Below the pieces are notes generated by a model, which worked only from the letters and a program-made list of their open reading frames with translations, had not been told where the DNA came from and did not search any database. The position numbers were made by a program, and so were the translations under genes. From assembly GCA_031835245.2 (NCBI GenBank), contig JAVKOQ020000110.1, positions 62,001-126,000 of the forward strand: a stretch of DNA of 64,000 nt, given 5' to 3'. This stretch comes from Balamuthia mandrillaris. Its lineage: Eukaryota. Shown piece after piece: positions 14,267-26,074 of this stretch. Every line of letters begins with the position of its first letter. Position 1 is the stretch's first letter.

Positions 14267-15598
14267 TTAGAGAGCAGCACCCAACCATTTGAATGCCTCC
14301 AAGTAGCCCGTGCCATCCACAAGAGAGGATCGAAATACCTGATGGTTACAAGGAGAAGGGTCAGGTAACTTATGCAAGGCGCAAAAAGAGAGGATCCAGG
14401 TCCTTGGATTTTTGAAAAAATAAAATAAAACAAAAGGCAACAAAAAGAAAGAACACTTACCTCCAATTTTCTGGTTTGATCTTCCACAACTTCGTTGAGG
14501 CCCAACGCCGAAATGAGTTGTTCGCGGGAGAGCGCGCCAGGCAAGTCGGTCTTGTTGCCTAACACCACAAATGCTTTCACATCGGACAGGTTCTCCTCTG
14601 CCAACAAACCTTGAAGCTCCTTATTGGTAAAAAAACAAAGATGATAAACAAACAAGAAAATGGATAAGGAACAAAGAATAAAGAGGAAGGAAATGGAAAC
14701 AGAAAGAGAGAACAAAGGAGACAGCAGAGATAAGGAAGAGCGAAAGAAAGAATAGAATAGAAGAGAACAGAGTAGAAAGAAGAGGAAGGAGTATAAAGAG
14801 GAAGAGGAAAAGAAACCTCTTTTGCTTCTGGAAGACGATCCTGGTCAACACTATCTACAACGAATACGATGGCATCTGCCTCGAAAAAATAGTCCCGCCA
14901 CCAAACTCGTACTTGCTTGTGTCCTGTTGCCATCCGTCAACGAAACATCAGCAAAGTGAAGAAAGAAGAGTAGAAGGAAGAGGAGAAGAAAGAAACATAG
15001 GAAGGAGACAGAAGAAAGAAGAAGGAAGAAGGATAGATGGAAAGCATAACAAAGAAAGAAGAAGCACAGGGAACAAAAAGGACAGAGAAAAAGAAATGAG
15101 GAAACGAGACGATGCACAGAAACTAAGAGAGCCAAAGTGAAGCAGTACCCCCAAGATCCCATGCCTTAAAGTTAACATTGCCAAGCGTGATCTCCTCCAA
15201 GCTTGGTCTTTGGGTGGGAATAAATAACCGCACAGAGCCATGCCGTAGCTTGTGCCTTTTTGTTGTTGTTGATGTGGAATACCGTCGTTCGTTAGACATA
15301 CCTCCTCACAACACCTGCATGTGAGGTAAAAAAAGAAAGCAACAAAGCAACATACAACAGTGTAGTCTTGCCAGCGTTATCAAGCCCTGGAAGACGTTGT
15401 CGAGAGGCGAGACAATCAGATTCCAAAAAACAAAAAAAAAAAGTAAGCAAACGATTGTGTCTCAGAGAGAGAGGAGAACCAGTAAAGAAAGAAAAAAAAG
15501 ATGAACCAGCTTTTACCGAGTAGCAAGATGGTGGCTTCTTTCTTGTAGAAGCCGAGAGCGTAAAGCAAGTCCCACAGCCATCCGAGCAGAAAAGACAT
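14267..15598 (-). CDS. Sar1-family small GTPase (divergent paralog), 6 exons
   Basis: Spliced: amphipathic [41 protein letters not shown]...[36 protein letters not shown]...[11 protein letters not shown]...[24 protein letters not shown] is diagnostic of Sar1. Confidence 0.9.
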
Positions 15599-15939
15599 GG
15601 GTTGGTGTGTGCTACTTCGTTCCAGTGGTTTGTTTCTTTGATGTCAAGAAAGATCACGACGACATGGGTTTGCATGACATCATAATATCCAAAAAAAGGA
15701 GAGATCGTGACGTGTATGTTTTCTGTTTGATGTGACATCATCGTTTACCTTTTTTCATATTGAATGATGTCACTCATGTGCCCTTTCGTCCATCAATTCC
15801 TTCATTTCTGTTTCTCATATGTGTGATGTAGATTGACAGACAGTGGTGGTAATGACGGTGTTGTTGCACTGGGTTCAACTGGACCTAAATGCGTTTTGTT
15901 ACTGACGTTTCTTTCTCCCTAGAAAAACAAACATAAAGA

Positions 15940-16569
15940 ATGGACAACACACAGAACAAATGCGTGACTGTGACCCAGAAACGGAGGGCAGTACTCGTTG
16001 ACTCAGACGCCACGTCCGAACCCGGCTGCATAATGCTTAGTTTTCCTCCAGACAGTCCCTTCCTTCAATACCACGGACGCTACAAACACGATGACTTGGC
16101 TTCTTCCTTCTGCTCTCCATTTGTTCTTCATGGGCATGGGACGATGGTTTGGAAGAATGGTGATCGGTATGTTGGGCACTGGAAGAACAACCAGAGGCAT
16201 GGAATAGGAGAGATGACCTTCTCTCCATCCGATCCTCTTGGTCGCTATCGTTATCAAGGAAGATGGAAGGCTGACAAAATGCATCATCGCTCTTCATCCT
16301 CTTTTTACCATGGCAGTAAGGAAGAAGTGGACGGAGGCATAATGGAATGGAAGGATGGGACAAAGTACATCGGGGAATGGAAGGAAGGATATCGACATGG
16401 CTTGGGAGTTCAATGGTTCAAAGATGGCCGCAAGTATGAAGGATATTGGAGAAAGGACAGAGAAGATGGGCCAGGAGAGAAGCAAGAAGGAGAGGAAGGA
16501 ACAATAATAAAGGGAGAATGGAAGGAAGGAAAGTTACAGAGCAAGGCAGAACTATTGTCGTTGTTCTGA
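15940..16569 (+). CDS. MORN-repeat protein, intronless
   Basis: Repeated Y-x-G-x-W-K-x-x-x-R-H-G-x-G units, e.g. YVGHWKNNQRHGIG, YIGEWKEGYRHGLG, YEGYWRKDREDGPG. Confidence 0.9.
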   Translation: MDNTQNKCVTVTQKRRAVLVDSDATSEPGCIMLSFPPDSPFLQYHGRYKHDDLASSFCSPFVLHGHGTMVWKNGDRYVGHWKNNQRHGIGEMTFSPSDPLGRYRYQGRWKADKMHHRSSSSFYHGSKEEVDGGIMEWKDGTKYIGEWKEGYRHGLGVQWFKDGRKYEGYWRKDREDGPGEKQEGEEGTIIKGEWKEGKLQSKAELLSLF

Positions 16570-16618
16570 TTGGTTTTGCTGATAGCACATATTTACGAAA
16601 TACGTACATGTTTAGTAT

Positions 16619-19031
16619 CTACACTTGAAAAGAAGTCTTCTTTTGTTGTTGATGTTGCTGTTTGTAAGCTGCTATCCGTTGACTTAATGATGGAGAAGAA
16701 GCGAGAGAAGAAGAAGACGAAGACGACAAAGAGGAGGCAGAAGCAGAACAAGTAGAAGAAGACAAAGCGGAGGAGGTAGAAGTATCGGAAGAAGAAATAG
16801 AAGTTGTGGAAGCAGAAGCGAAACGCGGAGAAAGCGTCAAAGCTTTGAGAGAATAAGATAACGCCTGCGAGCGATCAAAAGAAGAAGATAAAGAGGACGA
16901 GGGAGTAGCAGCATGATCGGGCGACGAAGATGTAGGCGAAGAAGATTCAGCTTGTTGCATACAACACTGTCTGTAACGATCCGCTATGTCAGCCAAGCTA
17001 GAAGGTTTACTGACGTGGTTCCATCTTCTCAACCGGGTAGTAACAGAAGAAGTGCTTCCTGCCATTTGTCGTTGAGTCTCTCTCAACTGTTCTTCAGAGT
17101 CTTCATAACTTCTTCTTCGTGTGGCAGACAAATGAGGTGTAGAAGCCGAACGAGAAGGAGAAGACGGTGATTCAGGAGCAGATGAAGACGGAGCACAAGA
17201 ACGAGTCGACATTACATCCATGGAATGAATGTGTCGAAATGGAGGAGGGCGAGGAGCCGGGCGAAGCAAGGGTTGAACGCGTTGAACTGAAGAACAAGAA
17301 GCAGTCGCTGAAACAGCTGTCCGCACTCTTGGCTTCAAAATAGGCTTTGGTCCAGTAGGTAGTTGTGGTCTAGCGCTTGTTGTCGCCTCTTCCTTTGCAA
17401 TCGATTCTTCGTTTGTTGTCGTTGAATGTTGTTGTTGTTGAAGTGGTGATTTTCGGAGTTGTTGTTGTTGTTGATGTTGTTGAGCTTTGCGTTGATTGGC
17501 TTCTTTGAGACGTTGATACTGTTCTGGAGTTAACGCTTTGGGAAAAACATTGGCCGGTCTTGGAGGAACTTGTGGGGGATTATTGCTGTTGCCTATGGAA
17601 GGAGAAGAATACGATAAAGGAGGAGATGGAATGACACGCGGAATGTTATCTGCAGAGAAAGAGAAGGAGGAAAGAATAGGAGAAGAGGAAGCTAAAGTAG
17701 TCGCAAGAGAAGGCAGGTTTTTGTCATTCCCATTTTCCGTTTGTTTGTCTCTAGGTGAACTTGGGGCTGACGAAGAAGAGGGAGTGAAGTCTTCGTTCTC
17801 GTCCGTTAAACAGATGTTCGTTTTAGAGCTTTTTTTCTTGTGTTTGAAGAAACGCTCTTTCAACGAGCCGTTATGATGATGGTGCTTGTGATGGTTGTTA
17901 TCATTGTTAACGTTGTTGTTGATGTTCAAACCGGCTCTTCTTTCCATTTCTTCCAGCTCAGAAGGAGTTCGAGGCAAAGGCGAGGAGGCGAACATCTCCT
18001 CCAAAGGATTCTTCTTGTTTGGGTTGTTATGATTCAAAACTTTGTGCGTAAGCTTCTTCCCGAGTCGACTCGTTTTGAGGAATGAGGGAACGTCCGAAAA
18101 AGTAGAAGTGGATGATGAAGAAGAACCAGCGAGAAGGAAATGATCAATCTCTTTGGCTTGAAGGTCTCTCAGCGTTTCGATGGCTTTGATCTCCTTGATG
18201 ACGCTGGCAAAGACGGCTCTTGTGGACTCCAAGTTGGTGGCGGAGACCTCGAGAAAGGCGGAGGAGCAGGAGTCCGCCAGGCGAACGCCTTCTTGTTGGG
18301 TTACTTGCCGGCGGTCTACCAAGTCATTCTTTGTACCTTTTGTTTAAAGTTAGATGCAAGAAGAAGAAGAAGGAGGAGGAGTAGGAGAAAAAGGAGGAGG
18401 AGGAGGAGGAGGAGGAGGAGGAGGAAGAAGAGGAGAAGAAGAAGAAGAAGAACAAGACGAAGAGGAAGAAGAACAAGAAGACGCATATTTTACAAACCAA
18501 CGATAGCAAGAGGAACATGTTCTACTTCCTTGATGGCCACCAACTGTTCATAAAAATGCTTGACCCGCTCAAAGGAAGGCCGGGAGGTGATATCATAGAC
18601 GATGATCACCCCGTCGGCCGAGCGCAGCTTCTCGATGCGTTTTCTGGTGGTCTGGTCCACCTCCTCGGTGGGCACGCGCCAGGCGGTGTGTCCGGCCGTG
18701 TCGACTATGACGAGAGAGACAAGATCGCCGTTGAGGGTCATCGTTTGTTTGTAGTCTCTCTTTTTTTGGTTTTTGATATAACGAAACCAAAACATTATTG
18801 TAAATAAAAAAAAGAAAGAGAAGTAATAAACCAATCATAAAAAAAAAGATGAGAAAAGAAAGAAAAAGAGAAAAAATGAAAAAAAAAGAAATAATAGACA
18901 GGAATGAAAATACTTACCTCTATGGTGGGAGTATATTTACGAGCAAAGGTGTGTTGGATGAGCACCTCGATCAAAGAAGTTTTGCCAACTTCAGGAGCGC
19001 CCAACAACATCAATCGATAGTGCTCATTCAT
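16619..19031 (-). CDS. Atypical Ras-family GTPase with a ~500-aa low-complexity C-terminal tail and no CAAX, 3 exons
   Basis: G1 GAPEVGKT, effector YTPTIE|RDY, G3 DTAGH, IIVYDITSRPSFE, G4 G|TKND, G5 EVSAT. Followed by a Ser/Pro/Gln-rich tail ending TSFQV. Confidence 0.85.
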
Positions 19032-19400
19032 CTTTTTTTTTTCCAAAAAAAAAAAAAACAAAACGGAGCACCCAAAAAGAGAAAAGAAGGTTCCAAAACT
19101 TTTTGTACAACAAAATGAAAGGGAACAAAGCTAATAATAAAAAAAAACTACAAAGAAAGAAAGAAAGAAAGAAAGAAAAAAGATGTGCGCTATAACGTTG
19201 CCACAAAGAAGAAGCCGTTTGCTTCTTAATATTATTTTTTTACAGCTATAAAATTGCCAAAAATGTCGATTTTTTCGGATATTATTTATTATCCAAATAT
19301 TCGTGTCGTCACGAATATTTGATCAGGATAGATCTACTATTGAATGATGTCATAATATATTAAATTAGGAAAGTATGATGTAACAATCTTTTTATTTATT

Positions 19401-21330
19401 TTATTGGCTGTTTTGGACTCTCCTATTGCCAGGGCAGTGCATCTTTGCTGGGTCGCACAGCTCATCGGGGGTGTCCTTGGGCCACCGGAAGCGGGAGCCA
19501 GGGAAGTTGATGAAGCTCTTCCATGCATAGCTCACATCGCACTCCAAATACCCTTTCGTCCTTGCCGCTGGCAGCATGTACGCCAACGGCCGCAAGCTGC
19601 GGTATGTCCCCACCCGAGCAAAGTTGGACGTGGTGCCGATGGTCAGGTTGGTCTCGCCCAGCATCCACACGTCGGTCAGGGTGCGCATCATTCCCTCACG
19701 GGCTGCTGCGGGAGAGCTCTTTTCGGTGTGAGTGATGGAGCCCGTCAAGGCCACCACTTTGTCCTTGCCCAAAGCTGCTTTGGCGGCCGTTATGACGGAC
19801 TCTGCATCGCCTGTCACGTAGAACTTGTAGTTGATCTCTTCGGAAGAAGAAGAGTGGGTTTGGTGCCAGGAGAGGAGCTGGTCTGCCAGATGCGTTGCGC
19901 ATTGCCAGAAGGAGTCGAGGGACTCTCCTTTGAGCCGTTCTCTGTCCCATGCTCCGCCTGTTCGAACTTGTATTCCTTTTTTTTTGTAATACATATTTTT
20001 TGTTTGGTTCAGAGTAAATAGAAGGAGGAGACACAGAAACAGAAAAGGTGAGAAGAACGCATTCGAAAACAAGACTATTACAACCAGAAAATAACACTTA
20101 CCAATGTTAAAATGAGTGCCCATCTGCTTCTTTACTTTGTCCACCTCCTGCTGCAGAGCCGGCGAAGGTTTCAACAGGTGCGTCAACAAACATCCCCAAA
20201 ACTCCGCATTCCAACTAGCTTCCCAACCGTCCTGGACTCCCAACTTGTTCCTCAGGCGCTCGGCCAACTTGGGAGAGCGAAGCAGCTCTTGATACCATGC
20301 GATGTTCGTGTGAAAGATGACTACTTGGGCTTTCTCCTCCGAGAGCGCGCTGTGTTGGTATTGACGTTGAGCCTCTAAATCTCTTATGTCAATCTGGTTC
20401 ATGGTCTTCACGGAATAGGAGGAAGAGCTGGACCAACGCCAGTCCATCGGAGAATCAAAGTACTCGGTGATGTCGACGGGCTTGGCCCAATCTACCATGA
20501 ATGCTCTGTCCGTAAGAATGGCATAAAGGAAAACGCTTATCATTCCTGTGTTGTTTGTAAGAGCAGATGAAAGTTTGAAGAGAAAAAGAGTGTAAATGTT
20601 CTCACGATACAGAAAGAGAGCAGAAGGAGAAGGAGAATGAGAAGCAGAAAGGAGAGCAGCAATGTAGCGAAAAAAACAAGAGAAAGGAGAGAGGAATGTA
20701 AACAGTTGATTCGAAGAAAAGAAGGAAGTGACAAAAACAAAAGACACGGCAAGAGAGAAATGACAACAAAGAAAGTAGGCAAGCAATAGCTAAAGAAACA
20801 GCAAAGGAACGGAATGAAAAAGAAGTAAAAACATAAAACAAACCAGTCACTCTGTCGCCATAACCGCCACACAAACTAGAGCCACACTGATAAACTGCAT
20901 ATTTAGGTGGTCTTTTTCCAGTTCGTATCTCCCGGTGAAGTAGAAGGTAGTCCTCCATCCAAGGCTGGACCTGCCGACAACGTGCTTCTCTGTCCAAAAC
21001 AGGGACAGGAGGTAAGGCAGGTGATACGGAAACACGAGCAGGAGGAACCAATTCCTCTTCCCTATCCCTTCTTTCTATTTCTCTCTGGAGTTGACGTTCA
21101 ATCTCAGCTCTTGTGATGGCATAGGAAGGAGGAGCAGGGGGAGGTGAGAGCTCCTCGATTGCGTGCATGTTTCTTGTGGTATCGTACATCCGTCGATGAA
21201 TGAGAACAGTGAGAAGAATGAGAGAGACCGCCATTGGCACAATGCACTTCCATAGCAGCCATGGACGGCGTGTCGTTGTGGCTGTGGTGAACGCACGTTG
21301 AAAGTGGTGTTGGGAACGATGGTGGTGCAT
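19401..21330 (-). CDS. Type II membrane fucosyltransferase-like glycosyltransferase (GT37/GT23-type motifs), copy A
   Basis: N-terminal TM anchor; CGGYGDRVTG; YAILTDRAFMVDW; IG|IQVRTG; FYVTGD; DVWMLGE...TTSNFAR. The start codon is uncertain. Confidence 0.75.
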
Positions 21331-21515
21331 AACTGTATTCACAAACAAAAAGAGTACAAAGGAGTTCACTTTCCTTCTTTCCTGTTGCCGCAAACGTTGC
21401 AGATCTTTCCCAATTATAGAGAAATAATTCTAAATCATATTTTAAACATCTGAATAATAATATCAGCAACCATCCAATAATTTGATAGATAAAACAAAAG
21501 AAAACGAACCTTTTA

Positions 21516-22819
21516 TTACTGCTTTCTTTCAAGTGCTTGTCTACCAGGGCAATACATCTTTGCTGGGTCGCACAGCTCATCGTCCGTCTCTTCCGGCCAC
21601 CGGAAGCGGGAGCCAGGGAAGTTGATGAAGCTCTTCCATGCATAGCTCACATCGCACTCCAAATACCCTTTCGTCCTTGCCGCTGGCAGCATGTACGCCA
21701 ACGGCCGCAAGCTGCGGTATGTCCCCACCCGAGCAAAGTTGGACGTGGTGCCCACAGTAAGGTTGGTCTCGCCCAGCATCCACACGTCGGTCAGGGTGCG
21801 CATCATTCCCTCACGAGCTGCTGCGCGAGAGCTCTTTTCTGTGTGTGTAATGGGACCTGTCAACGCCACCACCCTGTCTTCTCCCAAAGCTTCTTTGGCG
21901 GCTGTGAGAACAGAGTCTGCATCGCCTGTCACGTAGAACTTGTAGTCCACATCTTCTTGTTCCACTCCTTGTTGAAGATGGAAGGACTTGAGTTGGTGGG
22001 CAAGGTGCTGGGCGCATTGCCAGAAGGAGTCGAGTGATTCACCTTTCAGACGGCTGTTGTCCCATTCTCCTCCTGTTCTAACTTGTATACCTGTTTTTGT
22101 TTGTAGGATTAGATGTGGAAAGGGAAGGGAAAGAAGAAAGAGGAAAGAAGACAACGGTAGAAATAAGAGAGAGAGAGATACACTACCAATATTGAAATGA
22201 GTGCCCATCTGCTTCTTGACCTCGTCCACTTCCTGCTGCAGCGCTGGTGATGGTCTCACCAGATGCGTCAACAAACATCCCCAAAACTCTGTGTCCCAAC
22301 TGGTTTCCCATCCATTCTCTATTCCCATCTTACTCCGCAACTTCTCTGCCAAAAGAGGGGATCGCAGCAGTTCCTGATACCAAGCAATATTCGTTTGAAT
22401 GTAGACGACATCCAGCTGATGATCCTCTTTGGAGAGGATGTCTCTTTGCTGATAGTATTTTTGAGCTGCAGTATCTTTGATGTCGATTTGACGGAGAGTT
22501 TTCGTTTTGGGGATAGAAGAGAAGGCAGAGAGACGCGATGAGTCCCAACGCCAATCCAGAGGGGAGTGAAGGAACTCGGTGATGTCGACGGGAGTGGTCC
22601 AGTCCACCATGAACGCTCTGTCCGTGAGAATGGCGTATAAAAACACGCTGACAATACCTTTTTGTTTGTTGAAGAGAAAAAGCATAAACAGATAATGAGA
22701 AAAGAGGCGAAGCATGGGAAGAAGGAGAGGAAGAGAAGCATAAAAGCAGAGAAGCAGAGAACGAGAAGAGTGAGGAGAACAACACATAGGTCGAATGGAA
22801 GAGAAGCATAGAAGCATAG

Positions 22820-22853
<34 letters not shown>

Positions 22854-23411
22854 AGAGGAAATAAGCAGAGAAGAAAAAGAAGGGTAAGATACAGAGAAGC
22901 AGAGCAGCAGAGAAGCAGAAAATGAGAGAAGAGCGAAGAGCAAAACGTCTATCGAAGGAGGGAAGAGAGAAGAGCTCATACCAGTCATCCTATCTCCATA
23001 ACCACCGCAAAACTTGCCAGAGCATTGATACACGGCATAGCGAGGGGCACGCCTTCCGCTCGCCATCTCCTCGTGCAGCCGAACGTAGTCCTTCATCCAC
23101 GGCTGCACCGCCCTGCAGCGCGCCTCGCGGTCGAGCACCGGCACCGGCAACCCCCTCCGCCGCTCCTTTTCGCATCGTCGGTTCATCTGTTCCCTCAAAC
23201 GGTTGATCTCCAGCTGTTGCTCCTGCCAGAAGGCCTCCTGCTCCTCCGCGAATTGGCTCAATTGGTTTTGGTCGGCCCGCAGCTCCTGGAATTGTTGCTG
23301 CAGCTCGAGGTGCCGTTGGAAGAGCAGGGTGAAGGCAAGCGAGCATATGACCAAGGCTGCCAGCATAAAAAACAACAAGGTGAGGGAGACGTGCCGAGGA
23401 GAGGCAGCCAT
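21516..23411 (-). CDS. Type II membrane fucosyltransferase-like glycosyltransferase, copy B (tandem paralog)
   Basis: Same motifs and the same two intron positions as copy A. The TM anchor and coiled-coil stem differ. Confidence 0.75.
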
Positions 23412-24430
23412 TCTTCTGCTTCTTCTCTCTGGTTTGCTTTACTTTGCGTTTCTGAGATAAATGAATTAAATTAAATGGCCATTTATTTTACAAAAAATAG
23501 GGTGAGGATGGTGGGTGTTGAACCGGTGGCTTATAAATGTTAATATTTTGTTGGTCGCCGGTTCAAATCACTTTGCCAACGATGTTTTTTTTTAAGCTAA
23601 TTCATGTCGTCATGAACGAAGAACACTCAACAGCTTGGCAGTTCCGAGATGATCTTTTCCAGCGTGTTTTGGTCAATTTTTTTTGTTCCTTTGACGCGTT
23701 ACCAAGTTGTACGCTACGTCGGTTTTACCTTCTATGGTGCAGAGCTCTCCATAAAAGATGAACTTTACCGAATATGTCAATCGCGTCCCATTCGAACGGA
23801 CGAAACTCTACAGAAACATTCTGGAAAACAGCCAAAGCGAGAACGGAGCGTTTGCCCAAATCCCAACAAGTCTGACGGAATGGTTACGCCGACCAAGGTC
23901 CCGAAAAGGTCCTTTTCCCGATCTTAATTCCTCCATCTGTCCGCCGCCCGAGCAAGTTCGATCGGCGAGGGTCGCCCTCGTTCCAGGCACGTGCATGCAT
24001 TCATTGGTTTAGGAAAAACCATTGGCCATGCAATCTTCAGATTTTGCTTTATCGGAGGGCAGTGACTGGTTGTGTCAACGTTCTTTCAAACACAAGGAGA
24101 GCTGATAAACCCTGGCAGCGTTGTATCGCCTTATTCTCCGCCTTCTATTTTATATTTATTTATCATCATTATTGTTATTCTTTTCTCCGGTTGTGTTTTG
24201 TTTTTGTTTTTCGCGTCATAAAACTTTTTTCTTTTTCCTGCCATCCCCAATAAAATAGTAAAAATACACGACTACCAAAGCCAACAACTCCCACGACCAC
24301 TCCTTTTCTTGAGTGTCGCTCAAAGAAGAAGACCATTCTTCTCATTCCGTTCAAACAGATCTTCTCTCGTCGCCCGAAGAGAGTTTCACCGCTTGCAGCA
24401 AAACGCTACCTCACTGAGAGAGAGGCAGGG

Positions 24431-25716
24431 ATGAGCAACAGCAGTTCGGTGGCCTACTCCCGACTCACCTCGAGGGTAAGTTTCAAAAAACAAACACCAC
24501 CCCCTCTTCACTTTTGTCTGTGGCGGTATGGCTCCTTCCTCCTCAACCCCCCCCCCTTTCCTGCGTCCATCCATTCATCCATTCATCCATCCATACTTTT
24601 CCTCATCCGCCCTTTTGTTTGTTTTTTCCAGACATCCCATTCTTCCATCTTGCCCTTCCTTTTTCCTTTCCTTTCCTTTCCTTTCGCTTTGTTTTTGTTA
24701 TTGGCAAAGCGATACAACATTCATTCTGAAAAACAACAACAACAACAAAAAAAACAACAGATTTGGGCGTTGACGGAAGAATTGATGGCACTTTTGCAAT
24801 TGGCTCGCACCAAGACGTTGACCCCAACCCAGGTCCAGCTGTTGCAGCGCGGCCTCGCCGCGTTCTGCTGCTTGAACGGGGAGAGAGCGCGATTCGAGAA
24901 GGTACGGTTTTACTTCCCACCCAAAAAAAAAAAATACCAAAATATACAAAAAAAAACACAAAAACAAAAACACAAAAAACAAAAACACAAAAAACAAAAA
25001 CACAAAAAACAAAACACAAAAAAAAAACAACAAAAACAAAAACAAAAAAACCCAAAAAAACAAAAAAAAAACAACAAACACCTTTTTTTTAAAAACAAAT
25101 GTTCAAAGGTTTGTTTTTTTCATTTTTTTTTTCAACACAGCTGGCTTCCTCGGACGATCATACAAAACTACACCGCGAACCATGGTCCAAAGCGTTACAT
25201 GTGGTAGCGCCTGGAGAGGAAAGCGTGGAGGAGAAGGAACCAACTCCTCCACCCACGCCCCCTCCAAACGCCACAACATCCTCGACATCGTCCTCTCCAA
25301 CCTCAACGGCCACAAAACAACAACAACAAAGGAACACCAACCCCAAACAGCAGCCATCATCGTCACCACAGCCAAGGAAGAGAAAAAGAGCGGCAACCAC
25401 CGCCACCACCAAATGGCACTTGTGCGTGCCCTTCGAGAGCGAGTTTCAGGTGAACGTCAACTGCTCCCTGCCGCCGTCCTCCTCCCCGCAATCCTTTTCT
25501 TCAACCACCAAAGTTACCACATTTAACGGAAGAGGCAAAAAGCCACAACATCACCAACAAGAAGAAGAAGTACATAATCATGAAGCAGAAGAGAGAGTCT
25601 CTTCCCACAAACGCAGCAAAAAGATTCCTACCGAAGAGCAAAAACGACCGTCGCTGTCGCCTCTATCATCGCCCACTCCACCGAAACGACTAAGCGTGGA
25701 GTTTCTGTTGAACTGA
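24431..25716 (+). CDS. Small hypothetical nuclear protein, 3 exons, ending in RLSVEFLLN
   Basis: In-frame splice chain MSNSSSVAYSRLTSR|IWALTEELMALLQL...RARFEK|LASSDDH...; basic NLS-like PRKRKR; low-complexity tail. Confidence 0.6.
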
Positions 25717-26074
25717 AAAAAAAAAAAAGAAGAAAAGAATGCAAGATGCAGCAGCAGCAGAAGAAGAAGAAGAAAAGAAGAAGAAGAAGAAGAAGAAGAA
25801 GAAGAAGAAGAAGAAAAAGAAGAAGAAGAAGAAGAAGAACAAGAAACAAAAGAAGAAGAACAAGAAGAAGAACAAGAAGAAGAACAAGAAGAAGAAGAAG
25901 ATGATGATGATGATGAAGAAGATGATGAAGAAGAACTGCATATTTGTGTACATGTTGTAGTTTTGTAGTTTTGTTTTTTTGCTATTTTTGTTTTAACTTT
26001 TTGTTCATTTTTTCTGTTGGCTTTTTGTTTTTAGAAAAGAAAAGCAAAGTACATACGTACAAATGAATACGTTT

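Noticed and set aside
15655..15780. Cluster of TGACATCA/TGACGT-like words in the Sar1-like/MORN divergent promoter
   Set aside because: Plausible bZIP-type sites, but too short and degenerate to call without enrichment statistics.
23537..24012. Short overlapping ORFs in the intergenic gap
   Set aside because: No recognisable motif or consistent splice chain; possibly a decayed fragment, but unsupported.
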